A stretch of 48,655 nt of DNA from Octopus bimaculoides (taxonomy: Eukaryota). The position numbers and the translations under genes are program-made. The DNA lies in the NCBI RefSeq assembly GCF_001194135.2, contig NC_068982.1:11125878-11174532 (forward strand), written 5' to 3'. Each line of letters begins with the position of its first letter. Within the stretch, counting starts at the first letter, position 1. Shown here piece after piece: positions 35,590-47,164 of the stretch. Under the pieces are notes generated by a model that had not been told where the DNA came from, made no database searches, and saw nothing but the letters and a program-made list of their open reading frames with translations.

Positions 35590-35910
35590 AACTTGGTCAT
35601 TCCTACAAAACCATTTTATTTGTAACTGTTAGCTCCACTTATTCTCTTAAATATTTCGGAAACATTTATGTTAACGTTTGTCTCTGTAATTACAATTTGG
35701 TGATGAGATCCCAGGTAGCATCTTTTAATCAGTCTGAAAGAGACATATGTGTCATCAGCAGCCAAAGCTTAAATGTGTACCGGAAGAAGATGTCAGAGTC
35801 ATAACTGCTTTTCGAGATAAGCAGCTTTTACCATCCTAATTTACCCCCTCATCTAATAAATTGTTACTACTCGTGTGTATACATTAATGCATACATCATA
35901 CATTCTTTAT

Positions 35911-35957
35911 CTTCCGGTGTATACATAAGCAGCCATAGCTTATGTATGTACCGGAAG
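35911..35957 (+). other. 20-bp hairpin with 7-nt loop inside a diverged, roughly 172-bp-period direct repeat
   Basis: CTTCCGGTGTATACATAAGC / GCTTATGTATGTACCGGAAG: 18 Watson-Crick pairs plus 2 G-U on the plus strand. Confidence 0.7.
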
Positions 35958-36374
35958 ACGATGTCAGGGACAAAACTGTTTTTATAGATATGTACTAATC
36001 ATCCACGCAGTTTCCTCATTTTATAAATTATTACTGACTGTGATATACGTAACTTATTGTCATATATCGAATAAATTAAGGTAGCAAACCCACTTGTTTA
36101 TTTCTAATCCCATCAACTACAAATATTAGACGTTTCAAACTTCATGGTTACATTGTTTATTAAGTATGAAGTTATATAATACATTTAAGTATTTCTCTTG
36201 CAAGATTTTTGATGTGAAATCGCGTTTTGAAAAAGATATTGTTTTATTTAGGGACGGTGATTTCGCCAATAAATTCACGCGTCCTATTTATTTGATCTTC
36301 ACTTTAGCTTTATTATTATTATTATTATTATTATAATTATTATTATTATTATTATTATTAGTTTATTTGTCAGA

Positions 36375-36750
36375 GTGGAGGCGCAATGGCCCAGTGGTTA
36401 GGACAGCGAACTCGCGGTCATAGGATCGCGGTTTCGATTCCCAGACCGGGCGTTGTGAGTGTTTATTGAGCGAAAACACCTTAAGCTCCACGAGACTCCG
36501 GCAGGGGATAGTGGCGAACCCTGCTGTACTCTTTCACCACAACTTTCTCTCTCTTACTTCCTGTTTCTGTTGTGCCTGTAATTCAAAGGGTCAGCCTTGT
36601 CACACTGTGTCACGCTGAATATCCCCGAGAACTACGTTAAGGGTACGCGTGTCTGTGGAGTGTTCAGCCACTTGCCCGTTAATTTCACGAGCAGGCTGTT
36701 CCGTTGATCGGATAAACTGGAACCATCGACGTCGTGCCAACAACAACAAC
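36375..36750 (+). mobile_element. Family-A SINE, head type 2, full length with TSD
   Basis: A box TGGCCCAGTGG, B box GTTTCGATTCC, (AAC)n tail; ATTTGTCAGAG duplicated at 36365-36375 and 36751-36761. Confidence 0.92.
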
Positions 36751-37679
36751 ATTTGTCAGAGTTCTTTTGTCACACATTCTGTGACCTCTTCATTGACTAT
36801 TTGTTTCTCTTGTCTCCTCTCCTCTCTGATTTTGTCCTGTCCATTCCATCTTGTTTCTGTGGAATGTGTTCCTATCTGCACATGCGCTCGTGTCTATATC
36901 TGTGTGTATGTCTACGTGCTTGGTATGTGTATGTGTGGGCTTGTATATGGGTTTGTATATTTCATTGTTTGAATAATACAACTGATCAAAAAATTGTAGT
37001 TATATCTTATTAAAAATTTAGTTTAAACATTTAAACGCCAAACTGGTTTACAAATTCTACGAAGCGGTACACATTCGGAATTCTCCAGAGAGATTTAAGG
37101 TTATTGGATGAATACGTAAGTGATTCAATGAAAGTAAAGCGGTTTTGATTTATTTGGCAATTTTCTTGAAGCAGAATTAGTTTATTTATCGATCCAGTTC
37201 GAACTGGCTATATTCCTTAAGCGGTTCGATGGAGACACACGTCTTGTAGAATTCCATTGGCTATTTAAGAATTGATTTAACTCAGAAGATACGAAGGAGC
37301 ACTCCATCGATCTATCCGAATAAATAAACTATAACATTCAAAGAAAAAATAGGGAGACACATTCTAACAAGGGGTCTCATATCATGGTATGGATAGGCGT
37401 TTTGAAAATAAAAAGTAATTATCGATGCATTCGAATTACTAGCACAAGGAAGAAGTCCTATAAAGTCTACTGTTGAGTGTTCAAATGAACGGGTAGCTCT
37501 TACCTTTTGGTTGATAAATGCTTGGTTTAATTTTGTTAGATACATCACAATTTGAACAGATATACAACGCTTCGTTAGAAAATGGTGGGTTGCTTACTTT
37601 TATAAAATGAATGTTCTTGAACATCCTTCATACACCAGGATGTACTATTTTGAATTCTTTTTCTTACTTTTTTTAACAT

Positions 37680-37864
37680 ATTTCAGCCATTGCGGCCATG
37701 TTGGAGCACCGCCTTAAAGAATTTTTTAGTAGAACGAATCGACCGTAGTATTTAATATTTTCTTGTAAACCCTGGTATACTTATTATATCAGACTTTTTT
37801 TTGCGGAACCGCTAAGTTACAGAGACGTAAACACACAAGCACCGATCGTCAAGCAGTGGAGATG

Positions 37865-37895
<31 letters not shown>

Positions 37896-38040
37896 TACAT
37901 TACAAACAAGTTTCAGTTTCCGTCGACCAAATCCACACACAAGGCTTTGGCTGGCTCGGTACTTATTCAAGGTGCCACACAGTGGGACTGAACCCGGAAC
38001 TTTGTAGTCGGGAAGCAAACTTCTTAGCACACAGCCATAC
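37680..38040 (-). mobile_element. Family-C SINE, near full length with internal (CA)n
   Basis: 3' half 37680-37865, (CA)n, head 37905-38040. Confidence 0.82.
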
Positions 38041-39467
38041 CTAAGCCTTTATAGATTCTTAAGTAGAACCACAAGTACAAGAACGATGACTATCTGTAAA
38101 ATTCTCCAAGCCAGATCAATAGTTCATAGTATATGGCAGGAAAAAGTTCGATTCCCCAACGTAGGATTTTTATCATTTTTTTCTTTCATTGATTTTATGG
38201 TAACATCAATGAAACGGGTCTTTGATCTGCCACTAAATTAAAATGTTTCACGAGGAAATGTTTCCATTTTCTCACAGCTTCAATGACTACATAAGCTTCT
38301 TTTTTGTTTTTTGTCTTCGGCAATGTGGAATTTTATTTTGTTTTGTTTGTCAGAATTGTTTAAGGAACTTGACAAAAAATGTCACAGATCTACCATATTG
38401 AGTTAATGTTGCAACAACAGTTACATCAATAACATGTTTCGACAGTAAGATGCAAATCTTTACAGACAGTCGCCACAGCCACCCGTTTAATATCTTTTTC
38501 GCACAAAGGTGGCGAACGGGTAGAATCTTTACCACACTGCACAAAATGCCCGAAATGCATTTCGTCCGTCTTTACGTTCTGGGTTCAAATATCGCCGGGA
38601 GTCGACTTTGCCAGTCATCCTTTCGGAGTGCCAATTGAGCACTGGGGATTGATTTAACAGACTTAGCCCCTTCCCCGAAATTGCTGGCCTTATACCGAAA
38701 TATGGAACCAGTATAATTTTCCATAGAATTGATGCAGTCTATATCGTCCTCGAAGAGATGAAAATTTTCATCAGTTAATGGCCTAATGTTCGAAGAGAAG
38801 GAAAGGATCGATTTAATGTAGTATAAGGAGAATCCAAGTATATATTGTAATTACTTTCTATTTTGAGGTAAAGATAACTCTTCAAGAAGTCGAAGGCGTT
38901 CTGGATCAGAACATAATTCTCTGCTTGGAATTAAGAAATTTAATCTCTTATATATTATTATTTTTTTTTTTAATTATCCCCAAGGGCTTCATCCAAGTGT
39001 AAATTTTATATTATTTGATTCCATCTGAAGTATGTCAAATAAGAGATATCTTACATGTTTCTCATGCGTGTACAATTTTGTAACTCCTATTAGCAAATGA
39101 AACGCGTGTAATGGTGAATAAATACCAAAATATTTTCCCAATCTCCTGTTGATATGTCTGTGTTAGTGTGTGTNNNNNNNNNNGTGTGTGTGTCATTCAA
39201 TTTATTTCAAAATTTCTTGCCAATAAAGGACCGGTTTCTAACCTAGATCCAAGGTTCCTTCATTGGAATTTCAACATCAACAAAAGGGCATTTTTGTATG
39301 TATGTATGTATGTGCAGATTTGTATGTTTTATGTATGCATTCTCATACATATAGTTACATATCTAGACATGTATGTATGTTGAGTTAATTAGCTAACTGT
39401 TACACATAAGATTTTTAGATAAATATGAACATTTCAACTATCCTGTCATTAATTTTCGCTGTTATAG

Positions 39468-39640
39468 AAGGTAGAGAGGATCCCAAAACAAAGAACAGTC
39501 ATCAGAGAAACAAATCCAGATAGATAAAGATGCCTCAGACCATGGAGCAGAGGGATGTGGTCATTGGACCGGCTGACAATGATAGTCCAATGCCCAACCT
39601 TCTTTATTCCTTCGACAAACAAGTTTTAACTGGACGTGAG
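39468..39640 (+). other. Candidate exon; possible coding start MPQTMEQRDVVIGPADNDSPMPNLLYSFDKQVLTGRE
   Basis: Acceptor ATTTTCGCTGTTATAG|, donor GAG|GTACGA at a codon boundary of ORF 39530; coding-like composition. No homolog recognised. Confidence 0.4.
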
Positions 39641-39802
39641 GTACGAAAGCGGATCCTCGATTTTCCTACAGAAAAAGCATATTCTCTGAGTTTTAGGTCA
39701 TACTATGGCAGATTTTTTTCTTTTAATTCTTTTCTTCTACTAGTTTCAGCTTGAAAGCCGCTGCCATACTGGAGCATCGCTGTTAGCTTTGCTACACTTT
39801 CA

Positions 39803-40160
39803 CTACTTGAAACTTATGAGGGAGTTTGATGATGCTGCCCTCATCTGCGTTTCCTGCCTCGATGCAGGTTCATCCGGAACTTTTGACTGGAGGAGATCCA
39901 GTTTTGTTTTAAAGACCCCTACATCCACCCCATGTAGGTCTCTCAAGCTTTTAGAGAGGATATTGAAAATCTGTGGGCCCTTGAACCTCAATCAGTTGCA
40001 GTATCTGGTCCTGTGTCCTAATGGCAATGTTAGGATCTTCGGCACTATGCAGTGGCGCCCTGGTCTGTTGTTTGTGTAACTTTCAATGCCAAAGTTTAGT
40101 ACAAGTGTTTTCAAGATCTTCCAGATGTATAAAACTGCGTATTTTACCCGCCAGATTGTT
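39803..40160 (-). mobile_element. CR1-like LINE ORF2 C-terminal fragment
   Basis: YAVLYIWKILKTLVLNFGIESYTN.RPGRHCIVPKI...RTRYCN*LRFKGPQIFNILSKSLRDLHGVDVGVFKTKLDLLQSKVPDEP...RAASSNSL. Confidence 0.82.
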
Positions 40161-40894
40161 TAAATTTATCACTTAAATATTTCCTTGTTAACATCTGAAG
40201 GGCCCACAGAAGCGGTTGGCAAGTCACCTGGTTCTACATTAAAGTTAGCTGCTTCAAAAACTTGGATTCGATGGCACTATCTGCTGTTGAGGTTTTGTTT
40301 AATCGTCTAATACTTGTAACATTTACGTATAGAAGCATCTCATATAAATAATGATTTATTTTATTTAGCCGTAAGTTTAAAAATCGCAATCATGAGTTAA
40401 TACAATTAAATTCCAAAGAAATTTATCTATTCAATCGCGAAGACAGCAAGCGTCTGACATATATTTCCTTCAGTGGCTTCCCATGAGCATCTCCTAGCCA
40501 TTTTAAACTATTAGCAGCAGCTATACATTGCATAATGTGTGTTACATAGCGTAGTTCTGATCAAGTGGAACCCTCGCCGTCACAACAGAGTGCCACATAT
40601 TACTATGACGTAGTAAATATTATACAGAAACAAAAATCCTAGTTTGCTGGGTGACAGGTTGGGATTGGAGGTTGTCGGGAAATATTTGGTTCTCCTTATT
40701 TATAAGTATCGTTGTCTCTTTTCTTATATCTTTCATTCATTACTCCTTTTCAGTCTTTCGTCTGCTGCCATGCTGGGGTGCCGCCTGGAAGGGTTTAGTC
40801 GAACAAATCGACACAATACAGTTTTATATTTGAGAGATGAGGAATTATGTACATTATTTACATTTGGCGGATATTTGTTTTCATCTTTGTTGTT

Positions 40895-40940
40895 AACTCA
40901 ACGTTTCGGCTGATATACTTTCCAGCTTTCATCAGGTGTC
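40895..40940 (-). ncRNA. Minimal type-I hammerhead motif (left arm)
   Basis: GACAC-CUGAUGA-A-AGCUG-(10 nt)-CAGCC-GAAA-CGU-U-GAGUU; one mismatch each in stems I and II. Confidence 0.7.
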
Positions 40941-41041
40941 CTGGAGAAATTTCAGACCTGGGTTCTCATTCCTAAGGTATCTTTCCGATATTATCATTAT
41001 GAAAAATAATTAGCCCTAAAATTCACTCCGTAATTGCCCAC

Positions 41042-41115
41042 GAGAACATGGCGTAGTGGTTAAGCGCACGGGCTACTAACCCCAAGATTCCGAGTTCGAT
41101 TCCAGGCAGTGACCT
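41042..41115 (+). promoter_or_regulatory. tRNA-derived Pol III internal promoter (SINE head)
   Basis: A box TGGCGTAGTGG (41049-41059), B box GTTCGATTC (41094-41102); no pairing acceptor stem. Confidence 0.85.
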
Positions 41116-41189
41116 GGATAATAACAAGAAGAAGAAGAACATCGGAAAAATACCTTAGGAATGAGAACCCAGATTCGAAATTTCCGCAG

Positions 41190-41235
41190 GACTCCTGATG
41201 AAGGCTGGAGATTATATCAGCTGAAACGTTGTGTT
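41190..41235 (+). ncRNA. Minimal type-I hammerhead motif (right arm)
   Basis: GACUC-CUGAUGA-A-GGCUG-(10 nt)-CAGCU-GAAA-CGU-U-GUGUU; 5-bp stem II, one U-U in stem I; predicted cut after 41230. Confidence 0.75.
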
Positions 41236-41444
41236 TACAACAAACAAGATGGGGACAAATATCCATCAAATGTAAATAAAATCGACACAATACTTGTTTT
41301 TAACACTGGCATCTATTCTTTCGGTCTTTTTGGCCGAACTGGTAAGTTACGGGGACGTAAACAAACTAACACCAGTTGTCCAGCGGTGGGTGAGGTGACA
41401 ACCACAAAAATACACACACACACACACACACACAAGTACGAGTC

Positions 41445-41620
41445 TAGTCCGTTTTGTGGCAGGTTTAATTAGCTTACATTTTGGAGTATTATTGAAGTAG
41501 CTCTTGTGATCTTTTAGTGTAATGTATGTTTCTTTTGGTCGTGCGTAGTTGCATAGTTGGTTATTCCAATATTCTAGCGAGGAGTTTGCCAAACTTTTCT
41601 TGAATGTTACAGTAGAGACC
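41445..41620 (-). mobile_element. Penelope-like reverse-transcriptase fragment
   Basis: KETYITLKDHKSYFNNTPKCKLIKPA matches the Penelope-like motif AFITLKDHK.NF..NP.CRLINP as I recall it. Confidence 0.75.
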
Positions 41621-41734
41621 ATTTTATTATTTNNNNNNNNNNATATATATATCACATTGTTACAACAGAGTGTCCTTGTTCTCGTTCAAGAACGTTGTAC
41701 GTGTGGAAGCTGGCAATATTTGCCGGTCCGATAA

Positions 41735-42045
41735 GGCGTCAAACTGGCAGAAATGCGGTATTTCGTCTGTCTTTACGTTCTAACTTCAAATTCCGCCGAG
41801 GCCGACTTTGCCTTTAATCCTTTCGGGGTCGATAGATTAAATACCAGTTGCGTACTGGGGTCGATCTAATCGACTGGCTTCCTCCCCAAAAATGTCGGGC
41901 CTTGTGCCTAGAGTAGAAAAGAACATAGTAAGGCAGCGAGCTGACAGAAACGTTAGCAAGCCGGGCGAAATGCTTAGCGGTATTTCGTTTGTCTTTACGT
42001 TCTGAGTTCAAATTCCGCCGAGGTCGACTTTGCCTTTCATCCTTG
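41735..42045 (+). mobile_element. Two head-to-tail family-B SINEs (first tail-2, second truncated)
   Basis: Two GGCAG/GACAGAAA heads and two cores. Confidence 0.85.
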
Positions 42046-42699
42046 AGAAAAGAATATTTACCGGCCCGTTGCGTGCTGCATGTGTGTGAGTGAGTTTATG
42101 TGGACATGTGTGCATGTATATATATATGTACATTGGTATGCATGTATGAATACGTGCGCGCGCGCGCCTTAATGCCTGCTAACTTAAATGCAATATTATT
42201 ACCTGTTCGAATATGCTAATAACACGTTCGAACCTTTAAACGAGCCATTCGTTGTGTTTTGCCATGGAGAAAATTTCTCGCTGTAGACAAATGGTGTAAA
42301 TACACCTAAATGAACTCGCAGCTTTTATCCACTCGTATATTTTCAGCTCCAACCGCTTCCCTATTCCATCGTCACAATCACCATCATTACCGACACAAAT
42401 ACATGTTATCAAAAGGTATATAAGACGCAGCAGGGTTTTATTCAATTTATTGCTGATAGCGTTTCAAAAGAAGCAAATCACCTTTCGTAGAACCCATTTC
42501 TTTAATAATTCATATTCACTTTCAATAGTAACACTTAAGTGACCTAACCATGTTCTCCTCAGCACGTAACAACACGACAGCTATTTCTTTTTTATTTCGA
42601 GAAATTAACACAGACAAAGTGTGTATGCATGCATATTTGCATACTTATACATACGCACACATAAACACAACATATATATATATTTATACACATACACAC

Positions 42700-42734
<35 letters not shown>

Positions 42735-43483
42735 CTCTCTCTCTCTCTCTCTCTCTCTAAGCAATATTTGTTTAGCAAATGACTTGGTCTAAGGCCATGT
42801 ATCCAAACGGAAACAATTCCATAGGGGAGACGAATCGTTTTTAGCTGATTTCACATATCGTTGTTTTATTAATAGTATTGTCTGTTGTGAAGTGCCAAAT
42901 CATTTCGTAGGCTTTCTTTGACCAAGTTGCTAACAAGGTTGAATGTTAATAGACATGTTTCGGAAATCAAATCACAACAAAAATGACAAAACTTTTTGAT
43001 ACTTCATAGTAGTATTATTGCTAGATCAACAGGAAGTGAGTACAATAGCTTTTGAGCGTTCTGAAATAACTAAAATTTTATATATATATATATTCTGTGA
43101 GAGTTAGAGGCTGGGAAACCAACCAACTAAGGGATAGTGCCTATCCAATATACACAATTATTTATACCCAAATGTTGGTTATTGCGTGGCAATCTTGCAC
43201 TTGAGTGTCATATATGGGCGGGGGTAAAAAATGGTTTACCCTTAATTTATACAGCATTTTATTTGCCGTATAATAATATTAGGAAATAAAATTCCAAAAC
43301 TTACAGGGAAAATTCAATTTAGCAATTCTAAATCAAATTTCCCAATATATTTATTGCTATTTGCTATTTATTGACTGTGTAATTTAATGATTTCTGGAAT
43401 AGGGTTTTTGTGGTATATTTGTTTTTCTAGATGTTTTGAATGACATTTTTCATTGTTGAATTTGTTAATAGAGGTTTTTCTCT

Positions 43484-43538
<55 letters not shown>

Positions 43539-44270
43539 GCATATATTGATACAGGTCATCACCAACGGTTCAAATAATATGAAATAAGTAAACAAACGAG
43601 TGAAATACGTAAACAACGAGAAAAAATGGAAAACAGAACGAGTAAACACAGAGAAAGGACCCTTCGTCAGTTGTCGGCTGTCTATCTACTCCTCATTTCG
43701 AACATTCACCGACAATATGAATCTTCAAAGACAGTTGGTCCCATAAATTCTAAAATAAATTTAGGATTTATGAAAGTTGGGAACAAAAACATGATAGTGG
43801 AGACATACAAGAAAACCGAACGGAAACAAACATGGAGGTTCGTTAGATCAGAACGAGAGAAAAATAATGAACGCTGGAAGAAACATTTTTGTTTTTGTTT
43901 TGAAAAGAGAAAAGATAGAAGAGAGAGAGAGAAAAACACGTCCGTTCTTTTAAGCGTCCGTGCAGGGAAATAAAGATGGTCACGTGAGGTAAAGAAAGAT
44001 AGACGATGGTCACGTGTGAACAACGAAAGAGAAAAAAGAGAAAGAGGGGAGAGAAAGACAGATAGAAAACGGTGAAGAAGGGGGAGAGAAAAAGGGAATT
44101 AAAGAAGGTAGGAGGAAGAAAACAGTATAGAATAGTGAGTCACATGTACAATATATGCTTGTGTATGCACAAACATATATATAGTTAAAATTTACAGAAA
44201 ACAAAAGACGAAGACAGGTGTGTAAAAAACAAGCAGGTGTATTAGTCTGACGCTCGGGAAGGTGAGAAAG

Positions 44271-44308
44271 TCTTTCACGTTTCGAGCCTACGCTCTTCAA
44301 CAGAAAGA
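44271..44308 (-). ncRNA. Hammerhead-like motif, A6U variant with G17
   Basis: UCUUU-CUGUUGA-A-GAGC-GUAG-GCUC-GAAA-CGU-G-AAAGA; perfect 5-bp stem I. Confidence 0.5.
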
Positions 44309-44374
44309 AACACGATGAAATAAACAGAGAGAGAATTTTAAAAAACTTGTGCATTTAGCGGTCAATGGTTATAA

Positions 44375-44428
<54 letters not shown>

Positions 44429-45559
44429 TCACACACACATTTATTATATATACACACATATACATACATTCACACATACACACAACTTTCAGGAATACAG
44501 GCCTATAAAGGAAATAAAGGCAAATGCCATACAAAATGTTTCTGGTTTGTGCAGAAGAAATGGTGTGTGTACCATTTATCATAACCGTCGAATGAAAAAG
44601 ACATAAAAAGCGAGAAATAGAAACAGAGATTAGTGTTGGGATTTGACGGTGCCAGCACGATTAGAACAGAAAATACCATTGCTGTGTAGGTGGAATAAAG
44701 AAAGCAAAGACTGTGCGCAATGATCCAACAAACAGAGATTACGGTAAGATGATCGCAGTATTTTCCTATTTATAACACAATCTAGAATATTGCTCCCTGA
44801 GTAGCGTCATAAAATATCCTACGTTATGTGCTTTGACCGGTTTAATATTTCTCAGTAAGTAGTGTTAAGTGTAAAATATCATTTTCTAATACACGTTTTC
44901 ATATTGTGCCAAGAGGCTGCATTTGCAGCTAGTCAAATGGTGAAACTAATACACAAGAAGACTGCATCATGGTTAGCTGTAAAACTTGCAATCATCCAAG
45001 CAGTTTTCTTGGAAAGTGACAGACTTAGCGGACCTTCAAATCAAGGATTCTTAAAATTTTAAAGACACTCTATTCTTATAATGATATGTGATATTCGATA
45101 TTCGAATATTTCTTTTGCGTAAGTGTGCGTGTCGTTTCTTATAACTAGAATTTTTTCCATAACTCGGAAGAATGTTGTATTGGTCATGTGATTTTCATCA
45201 TGAAATCGCATTAAAACTTGATAAAAGCAAATGTAATCACTTTTTGAATCATAGATTCTGACAAGTCGAACAGATTAATTTTCAACTTAAAAGTGATTTA
45301 CCACATACGCGCACGCTATTCTGGGGGGGGGGCGATGAGAATGATGGCTCAACTCCGCATTGGTGGATAGAGCTTCTTTATTTGTGCATTAAAGCTACCA
45401 TTAGTTTCATGTTAAGAAAAATATCTTAATATCTTAATTTTTCAAGCCGATCACATGGAGGAATGTTGTTCATCTCCATTTTGAATAGAAACACAAAGAC
45501 ACATGAACTCGCCGAGGTTCTCGCAAAGAAAGCAATAAATTGCTTGAAGTGAAGATAGA

Positions 45560-46070
45560 ATAGGATGGTCTGAGAACGGCTCTGGATGTCTAAGAGTCTA
45601 TTCTGGAGAATTTAAACCGAGGACTGCAGACAATTCCCGAGAGTTCTTTGCATGAAAGTGGTACGGGGTGGTGGAGATATTATGTTCTAGACAAGCTCTA
45701 CAGGCATAGAAGTGCCAACAGATGAACCTATCCGAGATGGCAAGAGACCGACGAAACAGTCCTGCGCGCTATCGTTCAGTGTTCATGCATTACTGACTCG
45801 TGGGGCTGTGTCAATCAACTACTGTTGCATGTAGGGTAATACGGATACCCGCTAAGACTACAGGGGTAATCGACACGTCAGCTTTCTCTCGTGATGAAGG
45901 GTGGCTATGATTTCATCTATCATGTAGCTGTTGAAAGATCTGAACGCAGGTAGTTTCCTCTGCGGCCAAGCTCTGGTCAACTTTTCCAAGAACCAATTCA
46001 AGATGAAAGTGAGAATAAAGAAGTTGGAGCTGTCTTCTAGTGTTCGGCAAAAGGTGGGGGTGAAAGGGGT
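45560..46070 (+). mobile_element. L1/Tx1-clade LINE ORF2 C-terminal fragment, decayed
   Basis: DKLYRH.SA....PRWQETDETVLRAIVQC (degenerate CCHC knuckle) and FLCGQALVNF...KVRIKK..LSS...KRW. Confidence 0.65.
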
Positions 46071-46384
46071 GAGAGGAGGATGGGACTGATAAGCCAGGCG
46101 AGACTGAATGGGATTACCTATTATGTGGTTTCTACGTAGGAGGAAAGAAATTGAGAGAGGGTGTTTTCGATGCCTCAGATGTGGCAGAGTGATTCAGACC
46201 CCTCGCAGGAGTTTCCTCATAAATACTCCAAGTCACTGGTTCTCAACCGGCGTCCATATAAGATTTTTTTTTATTAAAATCCATGAACAATAAATTGCTT
46301 TATACTTCTACAATACACCAACTGTTTTCAGGATTTTTTTAATACAATACCTAATAAGATTTAATTATAAAATATACAATAGGA

Positions 46385-46705
46385 TTCCGGGTTCAGTCCC
46401 ACTGCAAGTGTCCTCTACTATAGACCCGAGTCGACTAAAGCCTTGTGAGTAAAGAAACTAAAAAATACCCGACGTATGTGTAAAGAGGGATGTGGGGGGT
46501 GATGGGGTGAAGGGGGTGAGGGACGTGAGGGGCGTGGGGGGCGTGTGTATGCCTTTGCGTTTGCCAAACCCTCCCTCCCCCCACCGCAACTACTAGGCAG
46601 TTGGTGTTGGTCTGTTTACATCCCCGTAACTTAGCAGTACGGCAACAAAAGAGAACGATAGATCAAGTAACCGGTTTAAAAAAATAAATAAGTACTGGGG
46701 TCGAT
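46385..46705 (+). mobile_element. Family-C SINE, diverged
   Basis: CCGGGTTCAGTCCCACTGC...TAAAGCCTTGTGAGT..., G-rich insert, 3' half ending AAGTACTGGGGTCGAT. Confidence 0.7.
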
Positions 46706-46783
46706 TTTTTCCTCAATGTTTTGAGCTGTGGGATCAATAAACCCTCGATGTATTGGAAATTGTGACCAATAAAAGAAAGTAGT

Positions 46784-46829
<46 letters not shown>

Positions 46830-47164
46830 TCAAATGTTAAGATAAAATTTATGTAAAATTTTCTATCGTTTGACAAATTTTCTGCTGAATTTTATAAAAC
46901 TTTTCCTTGATTTTATTAATCTTCTACGTATTTGTTGTTATCCATATAATGGACGTCTTTTCATCAAACATCTAATAATGGATAATTCCATTAGGATTAT
47001 AGGAAGAGAGAGCCAGAAAGTCTACAGCGTTTGCAAAACAAACTTTTCAAGAATAAAACTTTTCCACAACAAAAATATGAAATATTGGAAATGAAAATCT
47101 GGAATTATTGACTGCAGCAGAAAACATCATGAGATTATATCTAAAATTATATGAAATTATAATT

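Larger units (their letters stand above)
40820..41278. mobile_element. TSD-bounded foldback insertion: inverted arm, spacer, tRNA-like head, (AAT/AAG)n, hammerhead-bearing arm; inserted in a family-C SINE
   Basis: AAATCGACACAATAC duplicated at 40805-40819 and 41279-41293; arms about 40854-40989 and 41141-41279; host SINE-C resumes on both sides. Confidence 0.85.
4451..41642. other. Assembly gaps (N runs): 4451-4551, 13119-13678, 15117-16004, 21994-22506, 25454-26224, 32423-32660, 33879-34609, 39174-39183, 41633-41642
   Basis: N runs, almost all abutting microsatellites, as expected of a short-read assembly. The coordinates given span first to last gap. Confidence 0.98.

Noticed and set aside
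36375-36452. tRNA genes here and at 6610-6687, 41042-41115 and 47875-47955
   Set aside because: A and B boxes are present but acceptor stems do not pair and each runs into a SINE body; TSDs flank whole elements.
38354-38444. Coding exon (good acceptor, GTAAGA donor)
   Set aside because: All three frames contain stops; UTR-exon status cannot be supported from sequence alone.
43640-43690. Hammerhead at minus-strand CUGACGAAGGG
   Set aside because: No closing stem II or GAAA follows; at most a truncated remnant.
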